From Felis catus (taxonomy: Eukaryota), in NCBI RefSeq assembly GCF_018350175.1, contig NC_058383.1:10976001-11040000 (forward strand): DNA of 64,000 bases, written 5' to 3'. Position 1 is the first letter of the stretch; the number at the start of each line of letters is the position of its first letter. The notes beneath the pieces are model-generated. The model ran no database searches, was not told the DNA's origin, and saw only the letters and a program-made list of their open reading frames with translations. Made by a program: the position numbers and the translations under genes. Positions 41,030 to 53,246 of this stretch are shown one piece after another.

Positions 41030-41205
41030 TAAGTCCGTGTATATTAGCTATTAAAGACATTGTAATAGTTACTTAACCCCCGTGCCTCAGTTTCTAGATC
41101 TGTAAAATGGGGATAATGTTCCTGCTTCATGGGATTATTATGAGGATTAGAAATACTAAATTATTTACAGGGTAGATAGTAGGCAGATAGTAGATGCTGT
41201 AATTG
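41030..41205 (+). mobile_element. MIR fragment
   Basis: MIR core acttaacc..gtgcctcagtttct..atctgtaaaatggggataat. Confidence 0.75.
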
Positions 41206-41436
41206 TTTTTTTGGAAGGTTTCTTGGTATTCATTTGTTTTTTATTTTAGCCTATGTCATTTATTTGTGGCCAGTATAGTAGTAATAACAAAACAGTTGAA
41301 TGATGTAGGATTAGAGTAGTTGTCAGACCTGACTGTGCTAAAAACCTGTGTTTTTTTTATCTTGTACTTCTTAAAGACACACAATAAAATGAGAAATGCC
41401 TGAGCGTGGACGTATTTTGGTAAGTATTACTAATAA

Positions 41437-41550
<114 letters not shown>

Positions 41551-41629
41551 TAAAATATATATGGTAGCTTTTTCAAATAGAAGAATGTGCACAAAATAAA
41601 ATGTTCAATATTTGAATATTACTATCATT

Positions 41630-42066
41630 GGGGTGCCTGTGGCTCAGTTGGTTAAGCGTCCGACTCTTGATTTTGACTCAGGTCATGATCTCACAGTTCG
41701 TGAGTTCGAGCCCCACATCAGGCTCTGTGCTGACAGTGGGATGCCCTCTTTCCCTCTCGCTCTGCCACTCCACTGCTTGCTCGCTCTCAAAAAATAAATA
41801 AACTAAAAAAAAAAAAAATTGTTTTTAATATTACTGTCATCGAAAGTGTTTGGGTTGGGGCGCCTGGGTGGCTCAGTCGGTTAAGTGCCCGACTTCGGCT
41901 CAGGTCATGATCTCACAGTTAATGAGTTCGAGCCCCGCATCGGGCTCTGTGCTGACAGCTCAGAGCCTGGAGCCTGCTTCGGATTCTGTGTCTCCCTCTC
42001 TCTGCCCCTCCCCTGCTTACACTCTGACTGACGGTCTCTCTCAAAAATAAATAAACATTAAAGAAA
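41630..42066 (+). mobile_element. Two independent CAN-SINEs (41630-41818, 41857-42066)
   Basis: TSDs aatattact(a/g)tcat and aaagtgtttgggtt. Confidence 0.93.
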
Positions 42067-42241
42067 GTGTTTGGGTTTCACAAGCATGAATTCCATCTCT
42101 CCCACTTTTCTGAGCACTGCAAAATTGAACCTATTTTTCTATAATTAAAATATTTTTCTTAAAAAAAGTAATTTTTGTATCTATAAACTGATTTAAAATG
42201 CATTTTTGCAAAGGTTGAATTTAGGAAAGTGGCAAATGTGA

Positions 42242-42457
<216 letters not shown>

Positions 42458-42469
42458 TAAGGACATTCA

Positions 42470-42765
42470 GGGGCGCCTGGGTGGCTCAGTCAGTTAAGTG
42501 TCCAACTCTAGATCTCGGCTCCGGTCAGGAGCTCACGGTCTGTGAGATCAAGCCCCGTGCCGGGACTTGAGCAGAATGCGGAGGCCGCTTAGGATTCTCT
42601 CTCTTCCTCTCTCTCTGTCCCACGTGCGAACATGGGCACACATTCTTTCTTTATTTCTCTTTCCCTCTCTCTAAAAGTTAAGAAAGAAGTTAAAAAGTTA
42701 AAAAAAATTTTTTAACCTTTATTTATTTTTGAGAGAGAAAGAGACAGAGCATGAGCAGAGGTAGG

Positions 42766-42805
<40 letters not shown>

Positions 42806-42965
42806 CACAGAATCCGAAGCAGGCTCCAGGCTCTGAGCTGTCAGCATGGAACCTGACGCAGGGCTGGAACCTATGAACCGTAAGATCATGACCTGAGCCG
42901 AAGTCGGACGCTTAACCGACTGAGCCACCCAGGCGCCCCTAAAAAATTTTTTAACTTCAGAAAAT
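42470..42965. mobile_element. CAN-SINE (+, 42470-42705) with an antisense SINEC_Fc (42708-42939) nested in its tail
   Basis: Outer TSD aaagtaaggacat(t/g)cag; inner TSD aaaaaattttttaac. Confidence 0.92.
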
Positions 42966-43884
42966 AAAGTAAGGACATGCAGACGAAACTACTTGGTACT
43001 AGGGCCCAGCCGGACTGGCGCGTGGATTCAGCTTTGTGGCCAAATTAGCTGTAGGATCCAGAACTCTTTAAACTGTACCTCTGAGGACTTTTCATGTTCT
43101 CCATAATTGGTTAAAATAGGGAAGGAGGGCTGTAGGTTGCCAGAGGGCCTAACAACTTGATTTTGTTGAAATCTACCATCGTCGTATTTTACTGGTCGAT
43201 GCTACTGGAAGGTGAGTAGTAGTTGAATCTTGTGGAGCCCTGTTCCTTCTCCAACTTGCAGAATGTTTTTCATTTCTGTTTGCCTTGGAGGTCTATGAAT
43301 TAGGCCAACACCACTGAGATAGGGGGGAATAATTGGAATTTTAAAATACTTATTGGTGCTTAAGCATTATCTGAAATTAATTGCAGTGACTTTGGGGTTC
43401 CATTTATTAGTGCTTGCTTTGGAGTCCCACCGCAGTGTTGGCAAGTACTCGAAGCCAACACCACCAAGTGCAATGGCTACCTTTTGGGGTCTGCAGAGGT
43501 CGGGCAGTAAGTAGTGAAGGCCTCGGCTTCTACTTAATAGAGAAAGACTCGTGCTTATGGTTCCGTGCTGCCCATGTGCAGCCTTGCTCCCTCTCTCCAT
43601 TCTCAAGTCTAGCACTGGATCCTTCCAGGGTAGAGTGGAAACTGGGCGAAGAAGCCCCTAATTTAAGCTCGGGAGGGCAGGGCAGGTGTTACGATCGTAA
43701 GTGTAATTGGTCTTTTTGTATACGTTCCTTTCGTTGAGGCGCTGTTCTTTCTGTTTTTCCATTCCTAACAATTGGAATGTATATTTACAGAAAGTAAATG
43801 GTTTTTTTAATTTTGTTGAAAGTTTAACGTTTTCTTATCAGATTATTAGCAAACATGGTTTTTTCCTCTCTTCTCGTGTTGCAG

Positions 43885-43943
43885 GCCTGAAATGTTTGAG
43901 ACTGCAATTAAGGAGAGCACATCCTCCTCGAAGAGCCCTCCAA
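43885..43943 (+). CDS. GTF2I: GTF2I exon 27 (59 nt linker)
   Basis: (K)PEMFETAIKESTSSSKSPP; gcag/gtgagt. Confidence 0.95.
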
Positions 43944-44032
43944 GTGAGTGTCCTTGCTACAGGAGATGTGCCGTTCGCAGCCCCTCTCCCAGCAGTGGTC
44001 TACTGCCATGAAATCCAGAGAGTTGTGGTTGA

Positions 44033-44169
44033 GGGGCAGCTGGGTGGCTCAGTCGGTTAAGCATCTCGACTCTCGATCTCAGCTCAGGTCTTGATCTCAG
44101 CGTCATAGTTAGTGCAAGCCCTGTGTTGGGCTCCGTGCTGGGCGTGGAGCCCACTTTGAGAAAAATAAA
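44033..44169 (+). mobile_element. Short CAN-SINE
   Basis: tRNA-like head and aaaaataaa tail. Confidence 0.85.
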
Positions 44170-44451
44170 GTGGGGTTGTGACTGGTTTATGATTTGGAGT
44201 CTGTTTAAGGAATGAGAATCTCTATGTGTCTGATGCTATACTAATCCCAACAAGAAAGAAAAAGAAGGCGAGGGGGAGAAAGTCTTTAAAGAAGCTTAAT
44301 ACCACAGAATGACAAAATAGACCATAAAAAGGAACAAGCATTGAACAAAGTTAGGTTAAATACCATCTTGTGGAGTCTGGATTGTAAGCACATGAGTAGA
44401 GAGGATTTGAATCTATTTTGTGTACACTCTGATACGATGTTTCTATGTTAA

Positions 44452-44559
<108 letters not shown>

Positions 44560-44940
44560 TAGTCGGGTTTTCCTTCTTTGGGTGTTAGAGTAGACAGGTT
44601 CCCGGTGCTCGCCCTGTGCAGGACTGCGTCCCCGCCTGCCCTTCAGAAAGTGCTCACCAAATACATCATCTCACTGGTTGCTTTCCAGAACGCTCTAGGA
44701 GGTTACCGAATGCGGCATGAGCTAGTACCTCACGTCTTGTTTAGGAAATCTGTATAAGAGAGCAGGTGAAGCTCTTCATAATAGGAATAAAGGCTTAGCA
44801 TTTTCAGGTTGCTGTCATACTCACATCATTTGGTTAAGTTGTTTTAATCTTGATTAGTGTAAAATACTTCAGTCTTCCAAAAACATAAAGCAAGTTGACT
44901 CAGCATGTAAAATTTGACTTGGAATTAAACTTGCATTATT

Positions 44941-45615
44941 GGGGCACCGGGGTGCCTCGGTTGAGAGTCCAGCTCTGATCTTGATCACAGCTCATGAGAT
45001 CAAGCCTTGCATCAGGCTCTGTGCTCTCAGCACACAGGCTCCAGGCTCTGAGCTGTCAGCACAGAGCCTGTTTGGGATTCTCTCTCTGCCCCTCCCCTGC
45101 TCCTGCACACTCACTTTCTCTCTCTCTCTCTCTCTCTCACCGTAATTAAATAGACATGAAAAAAATACTTTAGGGGCACCTGTCGGTACTCAGTCGGTTG
45201 AACATCCGACTTTGGCTCAGGTCATGATCTCATAGTTTGTGGGTTTGAGCCCTGTGTTGGGCTCTGTGCTGACAGCTCAGAGCCTGAAGCCTGCTTCGGA
45301 TTCTGTGTCTCCCTCTCTCTCTCTCTGCCCCTCCCCCACTCACACTCTGTCTCCCTCTCTCTCTCAAAAATAAACATTAAAAAAAATTTTTTTAAATAAT
45401 TTAAAATTGCATTATTGGGGAGCCTGGGTGGCTCAGTTAAGTATCTGACTTCAGCTCAGGTCGTGATCTCACAGTTTGTGGGTTTGAGCCCAGTGTCAGG
45501 CTCTGTGCTAACAGCTAAGAGCCTGGAGCCTGCTTCAGATTCTGTGTCTCCCTCTCTCTGCCCTCCCCCATTCACACTCTGTCTCAAAAATGAATAAATG
45601 TTTAAAAAAATTTTT
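44941..45615 (+). mobile_element. Three tandem CAN-SINEs (44941-45165, 45173-45400, 45417-45615)
   Basis: Three heads with CT tracts and A tails, immediately upstream of exon 29. Confidence 0.93.
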
Positions 45616-45629
45616 AATTGGACTATTAA

Positions 45630-45890
<261 letters not shown>

Positions 45891-46054
45891 TAAGGAAACC
45901 TTAGCTCTGTCAGACTCTTGACCGTCAGGTCGATATCAAAGTGACTAGAACTGAGGTTCAAAGGTAAGGTTGTTTGTCGTGTGCATTGCCTTTATTAACA
46001 GCGGAGACCATGTTTAAATGTTGGTCCTGTGCTTTTTAGCCACTTCTAAGATGA

Positions 46055-46279
<225 letters not shown>

Positions 46280-46475
46280 TAAGTGAGAGCTCCCTGCTTG
46301 TTGGGAAGAATGAATCTGCAGACCATGAGGCTACGTCGTCTTCCAGAACGTAGGCCTAGGGAATAGTAGAGTCCAGCTCACCATGTAGCGAAGGGAAACA
46401 CGTAAAATACTTCAGTTATCTTACTGTGAGGTTCTCTTCTCCCTGGGCTGACTCTGGATTCTCTGGTTTTTAAGG

Positions 46476-46685
46476 CAAGGGGTTAGCACACCGTCGCCCG
46501 TGGACCAAATCCAGCCCGCTGCCTGTTTATCTTATAAAGTTGTATTAAGACACCGTGCCATAGTGCCTACCGCTGCTTTCAGGGTACAGGGGTAACACTG
46601 AGTCATTGGGACGGAGACAGCGTCGTCTGCAAAGCCTGAAATTTTTACTGTCTGGCCCATTAAGGAAAAACGGCCAGCCCGTGTC
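46476..46685 (+). mobile_element. MER58A-like hAT MITE
   Basis: ggggttagcaca..gcccgtggaccaaatccagcccgctgcctgttt..gcaaagcctgaaatttttactgtctggccc. Confidence 0.75.
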
Positions 46686-47472
46686 TCGGGCCCGTCATCG
46701 CAGGCTCAGGGCAGTCGAGTCTGACCCCAAGTCAGCCAGGTCCTTTTGTTTCCTTCCTTGCCTGCACAGCAATAGCGTGAGTTGTCACCTTTGAGAGCAT
46801 CAGCTCCTTATCCACAGAGTTGGGAGCGATGATCGATGATCGTACCTCCTCGCCAACCCTGTCGGGAATTCCATTCCTCACCATGCGCCCGTCCCAGGAG
46901 GTTTGCAGTAGACGTCCTCCTTTCCAGCTGCCCGAGCAAGCATCCGTGTCGTCTTTACGCTTCTCCCAACTCCCAGAAACGTGGCTGTCACAAGATCCTC
47001 CCAGTCAGCTCATTGCCAGGTTCCCACTGTGTCTGGTACAGGTCCTTCAGGTCTGGCTCTGGGAGGTAGCTCACGTGGTAACCTCTCCCGAGGTTCCTTC
47101 CTGGCATCCACTCCTCTTCCCCCAGTTTTTGTCCCACTTAACCAGTGTCTGTCATCCGTGCTCCTCCCCAGGGGTCTCGGTAAAAGCCTGCTTCCATTAG
47201 ACCCTGCTGCTGGAATTCCTCTCTTCTTTCTTCTTCGCTGCTGCTCTTTTCTCACCGTCTTTACTGTGGCCTTTTCTAGTAATGGCCTGTAGAGTTCTTC
47301 CCGTGTCTGTGTGTCCATAGATTAAAAAGTGTGAGATCGAAATGTAGTTGGTAACAGTGCTCATTGTGACACGTAAGTGACATGAGTTACAAGTTAGTGA
47401 GATAAACTGAATGTACATGTAACTGCTTGTAGAGTAAAAATAAACGGTTACCCAATTTGTTTCTCTCTTTAG

Positions 47473-47501
47473 ACCATTTCCGGGACTTGTGATTAATAAC
47501 C
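47473..47501 (+). CDS. GTF2I: GTF2I exon 31 (29 nt)
   Basis: (R)PFPGLVINN; ttag/gtgagt. Confidence 0.94.
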
Positions 47502-47769
47502 GTGAGTAAATTTCATGAAGTCTTTTTGTTTCGTCCTGTGTGGGGTGTGCGAGACTGTGTGCACTTGCACTTTGCTCACACAGTAGATATTTCAGTTCAC
47601 CTGCAGCAGTAACTGGGCAAAGTTGGGGTTTTAGCCTCAGTGTAAAAGCACCATGCACATTATACATGTGAAATGGGGTCACTTGTTGAGCTTTTAAATC
47701 TCACTTTACTTGTTCCTAAAACGGTGATGTTAGTACCCATATTGAGAGCTTTAGAGCATTTTAAATGAC

Positions 47770-47990
47770 TCGTTACGTGTCAGACATCTTAAACGGGGAT
47801 CAGAGAGTTGTTGCCTGTGCTTGTAAATAAAGTTTTATTGCGGGTGGAGGGGGAGAGAAAAAGAACGTTTCCAAGAAGGCCTGTTTGCTTAGGCAGAGTT
47901 GGGAGCTGTAACAGAGAGCATCGTCCCCCGCAAATCCTGAAATATGGACTTACCTAGCTCTTGATGAAAAAGTTTATTGACCCCTAACCC
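47770..47990 (+). mobile_element. MER58-like fragment
   Basis: tgcctgtgcttgtaaataaagttttattg..aaaaagtttattgaccccta. Confidence 0.55.
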
Positions 47991-48859
47991 AGAGCAGTAC
48001 TGTATGTGCTCAGGAAATACAATCTGTGTTCGATACTATTACCACAGTAACTTTACTGTTATTGTGTAATCACTGTGCTAGATAAGTAGATCTTTAATGA
48101 GCCGCACCTTGCTTCCGTTCCTGGTCAAGCCTCCATCTGGCACGTTGTGCTCTCAAACGTCGTTGCACCAGCAAATGTATACGTGTCCGTTCTTCCAATT
48201 CCTTGATGTTCTTATCATTTTAAGTTGTATTTTTAGCAAATACTGTACATACATGTGCTCGTATGTTTTAGGTTCTGCCGACTTCATTGAAATGTTTCAA
48301 AAGTGAACATTCTCTTTCCCAGTACTGTTAGCATTTCAGTCTTTTTTCCAATTGGCATTATTTTTATAACTCTCTAAAACCCCTCTACTTTGAGTACTCA
48401 GTCTGCGGTCTGTTCACTGGGAAAGTGGGGAGCCTCTTCAGTTTAGTGTTCAGGAGTTTTGGGGGCCCACGGAGCAGCAGCGTGGCCCCGCCCCAGCCGA
48501 CCTGGGAAATCACGCAGTGACTGTAGGTGCTGCCTGCCCCCCTGTCCTCAAGCCATTCATCCCACTGGGGGCTCCACTCTTCAGTGTCCTGGATTTCGTT
48601 CTGTCTCCTCTGCCTCCCAAGTTTTGGGTTTCACTTTATCACAAAATGTGTTCATTTGATTGTACCCCCAAACCATGACTTTTTTTTCATAGGTTCTGTT
48701 TTTCTTATTCTCTATCTGGGCCAAGTGTGTTAGTCCGTGGTGATGTCAGTAATGAAAGAGGACACACACCTTGCTTCATAGATATTTTCATCATCTGTGT
48801 GACATTGAGCTTGAATCACACCGGGGAATTTGGTCATTTAAAGAAATCCCATGATAATT

Positions 48860-49105
48860 TTTTCCTCTTTTTTTTTCTTTTTTTTAAATGTTTATTTTTG
48901 AGAGAGAGAGAGAGAGACAGAGCATGAGTAGGGGAGGGGCAGAGAGAGAGAGAGAGAGATTGAGAGGGAGACACAGAATCCAAAGCAGGCTCCAGGCTCC
49001 GAGCTGTCAGCACAGAGCCTGACTCGGAGCTCGAACTCATAAACTGCGAGATCGTGACCTAAGCTGAAGTCAGACACTCAACCGACTGAGCCACCCGGGC
49101 GCCCC
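48860..49105 (-). mobile_element. SINEC_Fc
   Basis: Antisense full-length element. Confidence 0.93.
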
Positions 49106-49455
49106 TGGATTTTTTTTTTTTTTAATTATTAATCCCAATTCATCTGTCTTCTATATAAATGTTAGTTTCAAAGAGCATTGTATTTTAAACCTCCTAGCCC
49201 CTTAACTTTGTTTAAAATGTTCAATTTTGTTCTTATCCTTGTGCAGTAGTCTATAATAGAATTTTCCAGTAATTACTATAAATTAGTTCTTCTGATGGGA
49301 CATACCAGAACTCTTGTGTTCCCTTCTTGTCATAGGAAAATAGTGCCTGTTGTGGCCAAGTTGGAGCATCCAAATTGAGAATGTATGTATAAATGCTTTT
49401 CCATTGTAACAGCATGCATTAAGTTATTGTTTAAATCAATCTACTTTATTTTCAG

Positions 49456-49497
49456 AGTTGGTCGATCAGAGTGAGTCAGAAGGCCCAGTGATACAAG
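49456..49497 (+). CDS. GTF2I: GTF2I exon 32 (42 nt)
   Basis: QLVDQSESEGPVIQ; tcag/gtaaat. Confidence 0.94.
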
Positions 49498-50301
49498 GTA
49501 AATTAAGTGGGGTAAAACACAGAATTATTCCTGCTTTTGTGATAAAATGGACCACATAAAATTGTGGGGCCTCACTTGCTAATAACATTCGCCTAACTTT
49601 AGGGAAAGTCATTTACACACTCACACTTAGACTTTGTCTTTGACTCCTGTGTTTGGAAGCCTGTATGTGCTCGAGCTCTGGGTCCTAACTGAGAACTGTG
49701 GGGCATATGCCGTTTGACTCCAGTGCCCCCGTCGGCTGGGAAGGACATCAGGAACCCCAAGGCCAAGGGTGTAAAGTGCCATTTCTGAGGGCGAAGCTTG
49801 TCTAGACTTTACCGTTTATGCCATTCATTTCCATTGCTGGTTATGAGCCGGATTGTGCCGGGTGGAAATGCGTGTACTGTGGCTTTAAACATTCCTTAGA
49901 AACCAGCATTGGAGCCTGCTACTGTGGTTCACTGAAACCAAAAAAAGGCTTTTATTAAAGGGGAACCCACAGAAAAGGGGAAAAGGACGTGAAAAAGGAA
50001 CTTGTTCCCTCATGTTAGAACTGTGTTAAACTACAGTTGTTATTTAAGACTTGGGTTGCGTGAGGAAACTGAAATGTCCGAAAAAGGAGACTTTTGTTAG
50101 ACCAGTTGAGACACTAGTTGAGACACGTGAGACACGTGTGTTTAATGCCAAGAAGCCGTGGCTGCTGTTCCATCTGCGACTTGCGCTTGGTGTGCAGTGT
50201 GTGGAGAGCTTTCTCCTGGCTTCCTCTGGGCCCTTGTAGATGAGTGAGAGACAGCCACGTGAAAGCAGCCTTCCAGTAAACCTTGGTGTGTTTCTCTGCA
50301 G

Positions 50302-50343
50302 AATCCGCTGAGCCAAGCCAGTTGGAGGGCCCTGCAACGGAAG
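50302..50343 (+). CDS. GTF2I: GTF2I exon 33 (42 nt)
   Basis: ESAEPSQLEGPATE; gcag/gtaaac. Confidence 0.94.
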
Positions 50344-50814
50344 GTAAACGGGTAGGGCCGCCGGTCCAAGACTGAAGCCCCCGGGAGCGCCCTTAGGACA
50401 AGGGATTGACGGTGCTGTTCGAGCCGTCTCACTAGGACTGTGTGCTTGGGTTTTCTTTTGTTTCTGGGTGAATCGGATGTGTCATTTTTGCCCAGAAATG
50501 GCGTGTTGGCGATGACTCATGGTTCTTCTGCTCCGTTTTCTCCAGATGACTCGTAATGAATTCTGAGCCAGTGGAATAACTACTTTCTAACCTAGATTTT
50601 TAAATAGATACATAAGAAGATGCTTGTTACTGTGAACACTCAAGTGGCACAATTAAGAACTGTTAGGGAAACACTGTCTGAAAATGTTATCTTTAGTATC
50701 TTCACAATTCCTGATAAGTCATTTTAGCACATAGTTTGATCTGAGTGGGTTTATAATTATACAGATTTGCATTCGTAGTGTAATTTATCAGTTCCCTTTT
50801 GGTTTTCTTGATAG

Positions 50815-50873
50815 AAATAAAGGAGACTGACGGAAACTCTCAGATCAAGCAAGAACCAGACCCTACGTGGTAG
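50815..50873 (+). CDS. GTF2I: GTF2I exon 34, coding part with stop codon
   Basis: EIKETDGNSQIKQEPDPTW*; TAG at 50871-50873; exon continues to the donor after 50890 (g|gtaaat). Confidence 0.97.
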
Positions 50874-51596
50874 ACCTCTTCCCTCCTAGGGTAAATCAGC
50901 ATCTGTGTCTGGGATGCCGTCTAGTGTTCGTCTGAACTTCCCCACCCCCCGCATGCTCATAAGCTAATACTGTGTTTTCCCTGCTTCGGCCATAATGAGG
51001 TCCAAGTGTAAGCCCTACCGGATGGTTTGAGTTAGAAGATCAAGCAGAAAGATTTTCCTTAGATCAATATCTGCCTTTGAGTCAAAGACGTAAAAGCGCT
51101 TTGCCCTAAAAGAAAAATGTTTTGTTTCTGATCTGTAGGGTAGATCTTGTCCTCTCCATTGGAGTTCGCTCTGAACCCGTATCACCACGCTGACTTTTTC
51201 CCCAATCACAATAATGGTGTTTGCAGAGTCTGGCCAAGCTGCTCAATCCATTTTGCAGCTCGCATAATTTGCTTACAACCCTGAACCTACTGTTCAGACT
51301 TCCTGAACTTGGCCTGGTTGTTAACAGGAGCGGAGCCCTAAGCCCGGAGTCAGCCACCTCCGCTCCCGTCCTGTCGCACCTCCCCGGGCCCCAGCTGTTG
51401 AATGTAGACGCGCTGGTCGGAGGGTATAGCTTCGCAGCAGTGGGCTCTGAGGTGTACCTGAGGGCTTTTTTTTTTTTTTTGAATACTGTCAGTTCATGGA
51501 CTTGAGTGCTGATTGAGTTGTGCTATCTGCGGATGTGAAAGTCTTGTAATCAGATTAACCCGTGTTCTCGCTTGTTTGTTTTCTCTTCTGTTTTAG

Positions 51597-52738
51597 CTTA
51601 AAGTATCAGTGGGTGAGAAGAGCTTTTCGGACCTGTTACCGCCCCGAGCTGTGTAATATACTTGTATAACAGAAATACCTTCTATACAAACCTTTTTTTC
51701 TACTTTTAGATAGAAATGTCTACTTTTTCAGCAGTTCTGTGAATTGAATTAAAGAGCAGAGTGACTGTAGATTTGGAATGGCTGGTTTACTTTGGAATGT
51801 ATTATAAGGATTTTACAGCAATGCTGGAAAAACGACAGGGAAAATGGCAGGGATGAATCTCATCAGATTTTTTACGCAGCAACAGAGCCTTCAGCTGTGG
51901 TGTTTTGTTTTCCAATCAAGTGAAGATCTCTCCTCCGGGAACATCTCAGCTCCTGCAGTGAAGAAAGCACCTGTGACAGTCCTTTTAGGTTTTTTCTATT
52001 TGAGAAATCATTTAAATGATCCTTTTGTTCACGGCTCTCCTTGACGACTGAGTGAACAGCTAGTATCTGTATATTTGACTAAACCTTTTCCTAAGCTATC
52101 TATCATGGTTCATATGTTTTTTTATCATAATTAAAAAAACCACCATCCGGATCGCCTAACAGCCAGCGAGAGGTTAGCATGTCGGCGTGTGGCTTACAGA
52201 CGGAGCCTCGGAACCTCTCCCACCCTGACTTCTCGTCCGAATAAAACGCCTGGTGTTCCAGAAGCTGAAGATCAGGTATGAGTGTCGGGGCGAGCTCCGA
52301 GACACTAAAGCCTCACCGCCCTGTGACCTGTGGCGGTGTGGGTCTCCTCGGAAGGCCGCTCCCGCCTGGGTCAGGCCCCACGCGTTTCCATTGCCTTCGC
52401 CATTTTAGATCTCGACGTGTAGCACTGAGGCTCCAGCGTGGGGAGGGAGGGGCCCACGAGCTGATTCTGCGCCCTCTGAGAGTCCTGCGCCCTTCGTGGG
52501 AGAATCGTACGTGTGTTGGGATTTCACAGACAATGAGAGTTGTAAAATACCAGCTATAAGAAGCTAGAGTACGTGACGGCATAGAGTTTCCATTAGCTTT
52601 ATCACAATATTCACGATGGAGAATTATATTACATGGTAGCAGAAATAGGCATTTTTATGTGTTGCTTATATTTTACCTCAAATTAAATTGTAGATATAGG
52701 GTAATAAATAAAATCCATCCATGCCTTTCACACACTAA
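51597..52738 (+). other. GTF2I: GTF2I exon 35, non-coding terminal 3'UTR exon
   Basis: Long pyrimidine tract then ttttag acceptor at 51596; the start cttaaagtatcagtgg..gagaagagcttttcggacctgtt resembles the human GTF2I 3'UTR as recalled; end inferred from the poly(A) signal. Confidence 0.85.
52703..52712 (+). terminator. Distal polyadenylation signal of GTF2I (overlapping AATAAA x2)
   Basis: aataaataaa followed about 40-60 nt later by GU-rich ggtgttttcgtggttctgtct. Confidence 0.8.
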
Positions 52739-53047
52739 CTCATTGCTCTCGAAGGTGTTTTCGTGGTTCTGTCTGGGGAACCCGGGTGGTTCGGTGGTAG
52801 GCGGCGTGCAGGGCGTAGGGCTAGGAGGGCGCCGTTCCGGGGCCCGAGCCCCCCGACTCTGCCCTTGGGGGCGGTGCTGGGACCGCCCCCTGTCCCCTCC
52901 CCGGGCCGCTCCAGCCGGGAGCTCCTCCCGCGACAGAACCCGGCAGCGGCAGCGCATGCACTCTGGGGACTTTCTGTTCTCTCCGCGGGTGCGCTTGGGG
53001 AAGGCAGAACGAGCGCCCTGGTCGCTAGCCTCCCGACCGACCGACAC

Positions 53048-53084
53048 CGGGGTGACAGCTGCTACGGGGTGACAGCTGCTACGG
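53048..53084. repeat. 17-bp tandem duplication
   Basis: cggggtgacagctgcta x2 plus cgg. Confidence 0.9.
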
Positions 53085-53211
53085 TAGAGGGCCTCGTGGT
53101 TCCTGTGAAGCCGTCTCCAAAAGCTCGGGCGGCCTGCCACCCTCGCCCACGACGTCCCCCCCTCCCCCCCAGCTGCTTAAGAACCTGAAAGAGCGGAGGC
53201 TTACACCTAAC

Positions 53212-53246
<35 letters not shown>

